NCBI GenBank assembly: GCA_046269625.1
Contig: JBJURY010333269.1
Span: forward strand, 1-46,525
Length of the DNA: 46,525 bases
DNA from: Hausera hauseri
Taxonomy: Eukaryota
Direction of reading: 5' to 3'
Shown here piece after piece: positions 1-8,123 of the stretch. Below the pieces are notes generated by a model. That model worked only from the letters and a program-made list of their open reading frames with translations, was not told the DNA's origin and did no database searches. Each line of letters begins with the position of its first letter. The stretch's first letter is position 1. A program made the position numbers and the translations under genes.

Positions 1-1649
1 GCCCCAGGAGAGTAGGTGATTCCTTTATGCAACTGGCAACCATTAATAACATTCAATGCGCTATTTGCTGTAAAGATAAAATCTGCTGTATTGGCAACAT
101 AAGCTATAAATTTACATCCGGAGAATAAAGCACCATATCCCTGAGAAGTAGCTGGATTAACATAAACTGCACAATTCAGAGATGTATTAACTCCACAGTT
201 ATTGAAATTACAACCAGTGAAATTGAAATCAGCATATTGTGTTTCAATAAAAACACCTGGCCCAGTCATAGCAGTGAAGCGACACCCGATAAAATTCCAA
301 TCAGCGTATAGACCATTGTTTGTGAAACGAATACCTGCTTGATTAGCAACACTGCCACCATATCCACCAGCCGTAGCAAACCAGCATCCAGTAAATTGCA
401 TACGAAGCTTACTACCTGCACCTTGTACAAGAACGTTTTCTCCATTCACTGTTGCATCAAATGATGTTCCTGTGAAAAAACAATTCGCTGTAGAAAACTG
501 AGGTTCAATAACCATCGCTTGAGATGCTAAAGCCCCAAAATCAGTGTTGATACAATAAACCGCTTCTACATCTCGAATACGAAGGCCAACATTACCAATT
601 GCTGCAGAAGCTCCATTAGCTTCATCGTTCCCTCTCACAAAACAATTCAAAATTGTGAGATTGGCCCCTTGATTACTTGCAGCATTCTGACCTGCAATAA
701 TCCCTGTACCAGCACCTGTTGGTGTAGTGATTACGGATTCAACGATTGAACATACCACGAACTGAGGAAGATTAATACCATCATAATGCTTATTAATCTT
801 AACGCGATGAAACAATCCCTTGTTCCAGAACCCTGTGCATTTAAACATTGCTCCTGCACTACGAGTGACAGAACTGGTTAACGTAAGATTATCAATTGTT
901 TGGTAATAATCTCCTGCTGCAACGATAAAGTCTACTGTTGCATGATTGATCTGGAGAATAGTGGCATCAATACCATCTCCAGTGATACGTAGATTATTTG
1001 CTCCACTGATATTAATAGAGGAAGCAAAGTTATACGTACCACGAGGAATGAATAGTGTCAGACCACCTTGAGCAATAGCATAAGCAACAGCAAGAGCCAT
1101 AGCTGTGTTATTCTGAGCACCACTATTAGATGGATGTAAGCCAAAGTCTCTAGCACTAATACTGTCCTGAAGTTTATCAGATAGGAGACGTCCTACCGCT
1201 CCAGTGAAGCTAGGGATATACCCGATTAACGATGTTCCTTTAGCAGAATTAACTGAGCTAAGAACATCAGCCTTATACGCATCTAGGTTAGCCTGGACAG
1301 CAATAGCTCCAGAATTAGCTTCTGCATACGTCTCTTCAATAGCTCCTTGCACTGTCGTAGCACTAATATTGACAGTTGGAGAGAATGGAATGAGAGAAGC
1401 ATTAAGCAATCCACTCACTGCATCCTGAACATCTTGTAGACGAGCAGCTTCATTCATAGCTACTGGAGCAGGGAGGTTTATTACACGTTGTCCATTCATG
1501 TCCAACGTGCTCAACATTGTGTTAGTTTCGCCTACAGGATTATCGCGATACAACACCTTATCCTGCAGCTCTGCTGTAATACGAGAGAAGTTCTCGTTCA
1601 GTGTAGCAATTGCATCGCTAGCTGCTACTGTAAGCAAATTTAGTTTCAT
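1..1649 (-). CDS. Tailspike/tail fibre with parallel beta-helix (pectate lyase-like) domain; 3' end outside window
   Basis: Missing from the ORF track (no stop in window). My translation from ATG at 1649 gives MKLNLLTVAASDAIATLNENFSRITAELQDKVLYRDNP..LDMNGQRVINLPAP (podovirus anchor). This is followed by SARDFG..NNTAMALAVAYAIAQGGLTLFIPRGTYNF..LRITGDGIDATIL, a typical beta-helix start. Preceded by GAGAG. Confidence 0.85.
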   Translation of the reverse strand, partial: MKLNLLTVAASDAIATLNENFSRITAELQDKVLYRDNPVGETNTMLSTLDMNGQRVINLPAPVAMNEAARLQDVQDAVSGLLNASLIPFSPTVNISATTVQGAIEETYAEANSGAIAVQANLDAYKADVLSSVNSAKGTSLIGYIPSFTGAVGRLLSDKLQDSISARDFGLHPSNSGAQNNTAMALAVAYAIAQGGLTLFIPRGTYNFASSINISGANNLRITGDGIDATILQINHATVDFIVAAGDYYQTIDNLTLTSSVTRSAGAMFKCTGFWNKGLFHRVKINKHYDGINLPQFVVCSIVESVITTPTGAGTGIIAGQNAASNQGANLTILNCFVRGNDEANGASAAIGNVGLRIRDVEAVYCINTDFGALASQAMVIEPQFSTANCFFTGTSFDATVNGENVLVQGAGSKLRMQFTGCWFATAGGYGGSVANQAGIRFTNNGLYADWNFIGCRFTAMTGPGVFIETQYADFNFTGCNFNNCGVNTSLNCAVYVNPATSQGYGALFSGCKFIAYVANTADFIFTANSALNVINGCQLHKGITYSPG

Positions 1650-1973
1650 TATTCTCTCTATAGAATATATTAGTATATCCTAGATTATGCCAGCGTATTG
1701 TCGTCAATGTTAAATAATTCAATCTTCGATAGAAAGGACGACATATGCGCGTCGCGCTATGCGCTGGCTTATATAGGTATTATAGTAGGACCAGTTAACG
1801 ATCTTAGTTTACTATATCGTCCGAAGGACCAATAGTCTACATTTTTCTACAAAAATAATTTTTATGAATTAATAGCGTCTCCCTTCGGACCTCATCGGTC
1901 CTCATGTTCGACAAGGAATGTTGGCTGTTCATTATAGCGTAAACTAATTTATTTGTCGAAGACGTTATAATTT

Positions 1974-2345
1974 ATCCCCGGACATATTCCTCAGTATATG
2001 AAAGGGAGACTCTGGACATTTTCTGGAGAAATTTAGAAGGTGCAATGCATCCTAGAGCATACCCCCGTACACCCCCGGCATACCCCTAGGCTCATCCAGG
2101 AATATTCCCCGGGCATAATCCAGGCATGTAAGTGGGCACACACATCAAATAACTTTCGCACACTCGTGCTAAACATATTCCCCGGATAGAATTAATATAT
2201 CTCCTAGGCATATGCCCCGGCATGTATCATAACAATTCTGTATTTGTGCCTCAGGCACGTAACAGCTATAGTGCGCGTGCTATGGGCAGAATGCCAGAGG
2301 GCACGCAATGTTAGGGTTTCTCCTAGTTGCATATCCCCCGGCAAT
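1974..2345. repeat. Cluster of short CC(C)NGG / CCCCGG(CA) repeats alternating with AT tracts; probable genome-terminus/packaging region
   Basis: C-runs begin at about 1976, 2051, 2062, 2072, 2083, 2096, 2107, 2120, 2180, 2203, 2215 and 2335. The region is non-coding and lies between the divergent arms. Confidence 0.55.
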
Positions 2346-2355
2346 GTGCTACATT
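2327..2355 (+). promoter_or_regulatory. sigma70-type early promoter P1
   Basis: TTGCAT-17 bp-TACATT with TGn extended -10. Confidence 0.6.
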
Positions 2356-2426
2356 ACTGAACATGCGCTAGGCTACGTGAGCTGATCTCAGCGAACTATC
2401 GAGCTGGTGTATAGCCCGCAAGGGCA

Positions 2427-2440
2427 CGCTCATTAACAAT
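2427..2440 (+). promoter_or_regulatory. boxA-like antitermination element 1
   Basis: CGCTCATTAACAAT (rrn boxA is TGCTCTTTAACAAT), preceded by the hairpin GCCC-GCAA-GGGC. Confidence 0.65.
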
Positions 2441-2532
2441 ACGTGTATATGTGCCTAGGCGGGCAGCTAACGACGTGGTAGTCGTCTCCGCCATCAATAG
2501 CACACTAGAATAGTCAGGCAATTAATACGCTC

Positions 2533-2561
2533 TTGACAGACGCTAGATACACACGTATAGT
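2533..2561 (+). promoter_or_regulatory. sigma70-type early promoter P2
   Basis: TTGACA-17 bp-TATAGT, near consensus. Confidence 0.85.
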
Positions 2562-2607
2562 TGAGCACATGTTCCAGGCATCGTCCTAGAACAAGGCTAG
2601 TAATAGC

Positions 2608-2621
2608 CGCTCATTAACAAT
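2608..2621 (+). promoter_or_regulatory. boxA-like antitermination element 2
   Basis: Identical CGCTCATTAACAAT, preceded by the hairpin GGCTA-GTAA-TAGCC. Confidence 0.65.
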
Positions 2622-2869
2622 TAGCATGGGTGAAATAGGAGAGCATAAGTGAATGCTCACTATCCCTAATCCTTGGTCAGTAGCATGACTTAGTTCTATG
2701 TGTGTGTGACATACATATATAGAGGCGAGTATCTCTACCCTAGGGCGTTAGACAAGATAGTGAGAGAACGTTTCACATATGTAAGGCAGCACTGGCAATG
2801 CTCGTCCCCTCAGCCTATTAGAAGCTAGTGGCATCGTCCTAACTAGCCTAATTACAGCCCGTGCTAATT

Positions 2870-2883
2870 CGTTCATTAACAAT
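2870..2883 (+). promoter_or_regulatory. boxA-like antitermination element 3
   Basis: CGTTCATTAACAAT, one mismatch to copies 1 and 2. Confidence 0.6.
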
Positions 2884-3189
2884 TCAATTAATCACTACAT
2901 GTAGGAGCGAGCGAGCATTAGCTGTCCTACTAAACGGTTTCTCCCTAAGTCACTAAAGAAATCGTGATAGCACACAGCGGGCTTATGCCTTGTGGCGTAC
3001 ATGTATGTTGTCTAGAGCTATAGCTAGATGAGGGCATTCCTGGGTCTATCCTTGAAACGCATTAAGTTGCAGTGGGATAGTCTTAGGTCTAAGCTATTGA
3101 CGCATTGATTACGGTTAGTGCGTCTATGGATTAGCAATGCCGCTAATTAACCAGCCCGGTTAGGGCGTATTTGCTTAGGAGAATCTATT

Positions 3190-3744
3190 ATGGCGTTCCA
3201 ATTGAATGTGTTTGAAAAAGCTTTCAATGCTTCTATCAAGAAGCTGGCCAAGAGTGAAGGGGTTACCAAAGAAGAACTCAAGATTCAGTCTCGTGCAGTG
3301 CTGGAGGCAGTGCATTCCACTGGGAACATTGGCTATGTGAATCAACTTATTGCCATTCTGTCCCCGGTGAACAAGCGTGTTGCTCGTCTGTTCTTTAAGG
3401 AATTCTCTGGATTCCAATACGATGAGCAAACGCTGATGTTCACTAAGAAGAGTGCGAAGAAGTATGAGGCAGCGCACAAGCGTGCTATCACGTTCCTCGA
3501 AGACCCGAATAACAATATTTGGAGCTGGTCCGAGCGCAATGTAGAAGTGGAGAAAAAGGCATTCTCTCTGGATGATGTCACTAAGGCATTCGGCCAATGG
3601 GTGAAAAAGGCAGAGAATGAAGGACTCACGCAGAGGGATGTGCTTCAAGCCATTATGAAGGATGGTGTTGACACTTACACTGTTATCGCCATCCTGCAGG
3701 CTATGGGCAATGTTGACCTTAAGGTTGTGGAGGAACAAGAGTAA
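3190..3744 (+). CDS. First early protein, helical, function unknown (184 aa)
   Basis: Strong RBS (AGGAG), phage-typical codon usage, first ORF after the early promoters. Confidence 0.85.
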   Translation: MAFQLNVFEKAFNASIKKLAKSEGVTKEELKIQSRAVLEAVHSTGNIGYVNQLIAILSPVNKRVARLFFKEFSGFQYDEQTLMFTKKSAKKYEAAHKRAITFLEDPNNNIWSWSERNVEVEKKAFSLDDVTKAFGQWVKKAENEGLTQRDVLQAIMKDGVDTYTVIAILQAMGNVDLKVVEEQE

Positions 3745-3818
3745 TGTTCTTTGTATGCCTTGCGAGTCAGGGCATATGAGGCAATGTTGCCTGTAAGGGT
3801 GTTTAAGGATATAAACAC

Positions 3819-4034
3819 ATGAACAAACATTCCCTGTTTATTGTAGCTCTACAAAATCTCGCCAATGCTCTCTATCAATGGGAACATATGGGAGTTAGCG
3901 AGAGATATGGGCGAGCTATCACGAAAAAAGCCCATGAAGAATTGATGGACACACAGCCAGACGAAGAAGAATTTGATGAATGGTATGGGGTGTATGTCTT
4001 GCTTCATTCTCAAGCTATGGAGATGCTGAAATGA
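3819..4034 (+). CDS. Hypothetical early protein (71 aa)
   Basis: AAGGA RBS; ATGA overlap with the next ORF. Confidence 0.7.
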   Translation: MNKHSLFIVALQNLANALYQWEHMGVSERYGRAITKKAHEELMDTQPDEEEFDEWYGVYVLLHSQAMEMLK

Positions 4035-4144
4035 GTGTCATCAACTGGCTCATTGCCTTCGTTGTCCTAGGAGCCTGCATTATTGTAGGTGGGTTTATTC
4101 TTTGGGGAATGATTGACGTTATAATTGGAGCTAATCGTGACTGA
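4031..4144 (+). CDS. Small single-pass membrane protein (37 aa)
   Basis: MSVINWLIAFVVLGACIIVGGFILWGMIDVIIGANRD; GGAG RBS; coupled to neighbours. Confidence 0.6.
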   Translation: MSVINWLIAFVVLGACIIVGGFILWGMIDVIIGANRD

Positions 4145-4295
4145 ATTCAAATCGTACAAGGAAACTTGTCCCAGTCTCACACAAGAAGCTGTATATGAAT
4201 GTATTGCGTGGGATGTTCAGGCATTGCTTGATCCACGTAATGAATCGGAATATCGTAAAGAGTTCCTTTCCCTTCAATTGGAGGAGATGGAATGA
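4137..4295 (+). CDS. Hypothetical protein (52 aa)
   Basis: GTG start after GGAG; MTEFKSYKETCPSLTQEAVYECIAWDV...; coupled to the next ORF. Confidence 0.6.
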   Translation: MTEFKSYKETCPSLTQEAVYECIAWDVQALLDPRNESEYRKEFLSLQLEEME

Positions 4296-4462
4296 ACGAT
4301 AGTGATTATCAAGATGGCTACATGGCTGCTGTTCAAGGATGGCCCTATAGCTATAAGGCTAGTGAAGATTGGCAACAAGGGTGGGCCGATGGTACGGAAG
4401 ATACGTACATGATTGAGGAATGTAATATCCGTGTACGTTCTCTTAAAGAGGATAATGAGTGA
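4292..4462 (+). CDS. Small protein with RMF-like GY..A..G..PY....W..GW pattern (56 aa)
   Basis: MNDSDYQDGYMAAVQGWPYSYKASEDWQQGWADGTED...; GGAGG RBS. Confidence 0.6.
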   Translation: MNDSDYQDGYMAAVQGWPYSYKASEDWQQGWADGTEDTYMIEECNIRVRSLKEDNE

Positions 4463-4625
4463 TGTATTTCCTCTTCCGCCTCTTTTGCGCTATCACGTTT
4501 TCTAGCTTAGTATTCTGTGTGCTCCTAGGTATTCAACTATTACTAGGAATTCCATTCCATCCCTGGATTAGCATCTTTAGTCTAGGTGTATCTATGTGGT
4601 GTGGTTATTGGTCTATGGAGGATGT

Positions 4626-4946
4626 ATGAATAATTTCTGTGATGAATGTGAGACTTGTGCTCATTGTCTGAAGGAACACAAGTGTGTGTTCGCTCCTAAG
4701 CAGGCCGATGCAGTGAGCGAAAAAATTATGTGCGTTAAGGGCGTTTCTGTTGCCTGCATCAAAGCCATCGACGGTGGCTGTCGGCCCGGCGAGTGTGTGA
4801 CTGGGGCCGAAGGCGTCTTCATTGAAGGTGAGTCAGATCGCGTTTCGATCCCGCTTCAATGGTTCAAAGAACTGATGAACCTTTGCGGTCCCGAGGATCA
4901 CGAGTTGCGTTATCGCGTTACTCAGAGCGCCCGTTACGGCAAATAA
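4626..4946 (+). CDS. Cys-rich hypothetical protein, probably chimeric
   Basis: GGAGG RBS before ATG 4626; base composition shifts to GC-rich mid-gene. Confidence 0.65.
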   Translation: MNNFCDECETCAHCLKEHKCVFAPKQADAVSEKIMCVKGVSVACIKAIDGGCRPGECVTGAEGVFIEGESDRVSIPLQWFKELMNLCGPEDHELRYRVTQSARYGK

Positions 4947-4962
4947 AGCCAAGGAGAAGGAA

Positions 4963-5154
4963 ATGGCAAGTTCTTGGAAAGTAGTTCCTGCGGACGGCAC
5001 CCCCTTCCGCTTTCAAGTGGTGCGCCACAACGCATCCATCGTTGAGTACCTGCGCAACTACTGGGAGCGCGACAGCAAGGGCCGTTCGCTGTTCCGCTCG
5101 GAAGCAGACGCTCTCTCAGCTATCGCCAAGGCCCATGGAGTGCGCCATGAGTGA
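4963..5154 (+). CDS. Hypothetical protein in GC-rich patch (63 aa)
   Basis: AAGGAG RBS; GC3-rich codons. Confidence 0.7.
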   Translation: MASSWKVVPADGTPFRFQVVRHNASIVEYLRNYWERDSKGRSLFRSEADALSAIAKAHGVRHE

Positions 5155-5593
5155 AGTCACCGTCACCATCAGCGGGCCGGTCGGCTCTGGCAAGTCGGCC
5201 ATCGCCGGCGAGATTGAAATTCTGTGCAAGGCGCTGGGCCTGCGCGTTGAATGGGACAACAGCCAGCCCGAAAAGAACATGACTCACGCCGACTGGACCG
5301 GCGCGCTTGAGATGTACAAGCCCAGCGTGCGAATTGTTGAAACGATCTCCACCAAGGCGGCCTACCGTCGCTGCGGCCAAGACCTTGCAAGACTGCGCGC
5401 CATGTTGGACGCCCAGCCAGCCGCAGCCCAAGCGCCAGCGCAGCAATGCGACGCTTGTGGAGAAGGCCGCACCTACCGGATGCAACTGCACTGCTGCACA
5501 AATTGCGGCATTCAATACGCCGATGCCGACGATATGAAGGCCAACAAGTTCGCCCACGGCATCGCCGCTGCCAGCGAGAAGGACAAGGAATGA
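5147..5593 (+). CDS. Hypothetical protein with N-terminal P-loop-like motif and C-terminal Zn ribbon
   Basis: GGAG RBS before ATG 5147; ISGPVGSGKS; CDAC...CTNC. Confidence 0.7.
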   Translation: MSEVTVTISGPVGSGKSAIAGEIEILCKALGLRVEWDNSQPEKNMTHADWTGALEMYKPSVRIVETISTKAAYRRCGQDLARLRAMLDAQPAAAQAPAQQCDACGEGRTYRMQLHCCTNCGIQYADADDMKANKFAHGIAAASEKDKE

Positions 5594-5769
5594 TCTACAT
5601 CAAACGCCTAGGAAATCTTCTCTTCTTCTGCTTCTGGATGTTCATGGGACTGGTGTCCTGTGTAGCAGCTATTGAGGCTAAGCCCACTCGTATTGACGAC
5701 AGTGTAGGCTGTTCTCAATTCAGGGATGTAGACATTCATCCTTGCATCCTTAGGGACGATAATATCTAG
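5590..5769 (+). CDS. Small membrane/secreted protein
   Basis: ATGA overlap; hydrophobic LLFFCFWMFMGLVSCVAA. Confidence 0.55.
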   Translation: MIYIKRLGNLLFFCFWMFMGLVSCVAAIEAKPTRIDDSVGCSQFRDVDIHPCILRDDNI

Positions 5770-5842
5770 GGATGCTACCCTGGTATTACCTAGTGTGTTT
5801 TAATCGCTCCTAGAAGCTTCTAGGAGCCTTGCTGGAGGTGTT

Positions 5843-6016
5843 ATGCTGAAAGATGTTCTCATTGGTTTGTTCTCTGCTCTGTTCTGGTGGTTTAGTATTG
5901 GTTTCATAACGTTAGAGTGGGACCCGTCCTTTTGGGATAAGTTTGACCGATTCCTGTTGATGTATCTGGGTGTGTTTACACCAGTGATGCTTTGCTGGCT
6001 TAGGAGAATCAAATGA
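5843..6016 (+). CDS. Small two-TM membrane protein (57 aa)
   Basis: GGAGGTG RBS; MLKDVLIGLFSALFWWFSIGFITLEWDPSFWDKFDRFLLMYLGVFTPVMLCWLRRIK. Confidence 0.7.
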   Translation: MLKDVLIGLFSALFWWFSIGFITLEWDPSFWDKFDRFLLMYLGVFTPVMLCWLRRIK

Positions 6017-6201
6017 CTATCTACGTTGTATGGGAAGAGGATGACGACAGATTGATGAAGGCTTTTGAGACTCCTGAGGCTGCTCAAGAGTTTGTGAGAG
6101 TGTCTTCATTTCATCATCCTCATCTGTCTGTGTATGAGTATGAAAGAGTGAGCTATCACGCTTCTCCCCTAGACATTGTTAGTGCTGCTAGGATGCAATA
6201 A
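6013..6201 (+). CDS. Hypothetical protein (62 aa)
   Basis: AGGAG RBS; IYVVWE..AFETPEAAQEF motif common in small phage proteins. Confidence 0.75.
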   Translation: MTIYVVWEEDDDRLMKAFETPEAAQEFVRVSSFHHPHLSVYEYERVSYHASPLDIVSAARMQ

Positions 6202-6317
6202 CACTGCGGAGAATATCCTAGATTATTAATACATTCATAATACTAATATATACTAGATATATGTTAGAATAATCGGCCTTCGTCCTTAATATCGTCGTAA
6301 CAAAGGAAAATCGACAC

Positions 6318-7151
6318 ATGGCTCAAAAGAAATTGCTTGATGATAAGCGTAGTCTTCATCATATTGTAGATGAAGCAGCTAACAATACGAGTGATAAGGA
6401 TTGTGCAAAATCAGATAATCGCTGCTTCTTCGGAATGCGTAAGGGTGTAGAGAAGGATGATATTTACGCTCCTCATTGGTGCTTCGCTCCATTCAATTAT
6501 GGGGGTCTAGATGCTTATAGCGATATTTACATCAATCTGGAGCGTTTCTATCGTATCTCCAAGAATAAAAAGGGCTATCGAGCCTGGGTGAACTACGTCA
6601 CTAAGCGTTCCCCTGTTAAAGATGTGTTTATCAAGAACACTAAGCGTAATGCTTATGATGGTGGTGTTTATGTGGATGTGAATTGCCACTACAAGAAGCT
6701 GCTTGCAGCGACCATTGCCCTACGTCAGTGTTCTGAATTCCCTGAATGTCTTGATGTGTTTATGCGTCTTCGTCGTCGTATGGATGAAGATGCAGCATTC
6801 TTTATTGCTTGTATTATTCAATCAATTGGTAAAGATCAATACAAGCTATGGGTTGATGGTGGACATTCTGTATATAGTGGAAACTATCGTCTAATTGATA
6901 CGCTTAAGGTGTTTAATGGTGTACGAGTAGATAATCCAGCATATGGATTTGAATTCTGGGGTGGACATAAGCTTAAGCGTAATTATGAAGAGGAGAAAGG
7001 CTCAGTAAATGAAGTGTTTGCTAGCTTGGTGAAACAAGTGGAAGTTGGTGAAGGGTGGAATAAGCGTAAGAAAACCACTTGGAAATCTCTTCAACCGTTT
7101 ATTCAGTACGTTAGTACGACTCTCAAACTGATTAAGGAGAATCATGCCTAA
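6318..7151 (+). CDS. Hypothetical protein heading the ligase cluster (277 aa)
   Basis: Long ORF, AAGGA RBS, overlaps the next gene. Confidence 0.85.
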   Translation: MAQKKLLDDKRSLHHIVDEAANNTSDKDCAKSDNRCFFGMRKGVEKDDIYAPHWCFAPFNYGGLDAYSDIYINLERFYRISKNKKGYRAWVNYVTKRSPVKDVFIKNTKRNAYDGGVYVDVNCHYKKLLAATIALRQCSEFPECLDVFMRLRRRMDEDAAFFIACIIQSIGKDQYKLWVDGGHSVYSGNYRLIDTLKVFNGVRVDNPAYGFEFWGGHKLKRNYEEEKGSVNEVFASLVKQVEVGEGWNKRKKTTWKSLQPFIQYVSTTLKLIKENHA

Positions 7152-7773
7152 AGTGTTTATCGTTGATGGTAATTATGAATATGCTGCAATGTTCCGTCGT
7201 AATGCATGGGAGATTGTGGATAGCGTAGAAGAAGCTGATCTAGTACAATTTACTGGCGGTGAGGATGTGTGGCCTGGAATGTATGGGGATAATGCACATC
7301 CTGCTTCTTCCTTCAATGTTCAACGAGATATGACAGAATTGGGTGTATTCAATCATGCACATTCTCTTGGGATTCCTGTTGCTGGCATTTGTCGTGGTGG
7401 CCAGTTTCTTAACGTCTGCTGTGGCGGTCGAATGTATCAGCACGTTGAATTGCATGCTACTGGAATGGGCCATCACATCCTTGATGTGAAGACAGGGGAA
7501 CACATCTACGTCAGTAGTACACACCATCAGATGATGCTACCTGGACCTAATGCTGAACTAGTGGCTACGTCTAGACTTGGTGGTAAGCGTGAATGGTTTA
7601 CTAACGAAGTGTATGAGACAGATTTCTCTGATGAGGATATTGAGGTGGTGTTCTATAAAGATATGAAAGCATTGTGTTTCCAGCCTCATCCTGAATTTAA
7701 TAAGCCGGAATATGAGCGTATGACGCAATATTATTTTGAGCTTATTCAATATTATTTTGGCCTTAAGGCGTAA
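7144..7773 (+). CDS. Class I glutamine amidotransferase-like / peptidase C26 (gamma-glutamyl hydrolase) family
   Basis: FTGGEDV, GICRGGQFLNV (catalytic Cys), STHHQ, QPHPE (His-Glu). Confidence 0.92.
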   Translation: MPKVFIVDGNYEYAAMFRRNAWEIVDSVEEADLVQFTGGEDVWPGMYGDNAHPASSFNVQRDMTELGVFNHAHSLGIPVAGICRGGQFLNVCCGGRMYQHVELHATGMGHHILDVKTGEHIYVSSTHHQMMLPGPNAELVATSRLGGKREWFTNEVYETDFSDEDIEVVFYKDMKALCFQPHPEFNKPEYERMTQYYFELIQYYFGLKA

Positions 7774-7780
7774 TTAATAA

Positions 7781-7864
7781 GAGCCTGTGGTGGAATAGGT
7801 AGACACAGCAGACTTAAAATCTGCCGCCATAAGCGTGAGGGTCCGAGTCCCTCCAGGCTCACCA
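7781..7864 (+). tRNA. tRNA-Leu(UAA)
   Basis: Acceptor GAGCCTG/CAGGCTC, anticodon arm GCAGA-CTTAAAA-TCTGC, long variable arm, encoded CCA. T-loop reads TCCGAGT instead of TTCGA. Confidence 0.93.
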
Positions 7865-7883
7865 ATATAAGGAGCTATCACGA

Positions 7884-8123
7884 ATGAAAGTGTATAAATG
7901 TATTAGATCATTCCCTCAGAATGATGATGGATTTATGCGACTTGGTTTTCATACATCATTATTGAAAGCTAAGCGCGCTGCTATTGCAGAGATGAATTTC
8001 AGGAAAGAACCAGAAGACAAGATGCTGAAGGTTGTTGATTGGAAGGAATACATTCCAGGAATGTGGTCTCATACTGATAAATATGATGTCCAATATTACA
8101 TTGAAGAAATCGAGGTGGAATAG
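7884..8123 (+). CDS. Hypothetical protein (79 aa)
   Basis: AAGGAG RBS; abuts the next gene. Confidence 0.8.
   Translation: MKVYKCIRSFPQNDDGFMRLGFHTSLLKAKRAAIAEMNFRKEPEDKMLKVVDWKEYIPGMWSHTDKYDVQYYIEEIEVE

Noticed and set aside
2749-2780. Third sigma70 promoter (TAGACA...) before boxA 3
   Set aside because: No convincing -10 hexamer at 16-18 bp spacing.
2400-2890. Repeats in the early leader as a CRISPR or mini-array
   Set aside because: Repeats are only 12-14 nt with irregular 180-260 nt spacing and no cas genes; boxA plus hairpin explains them better.
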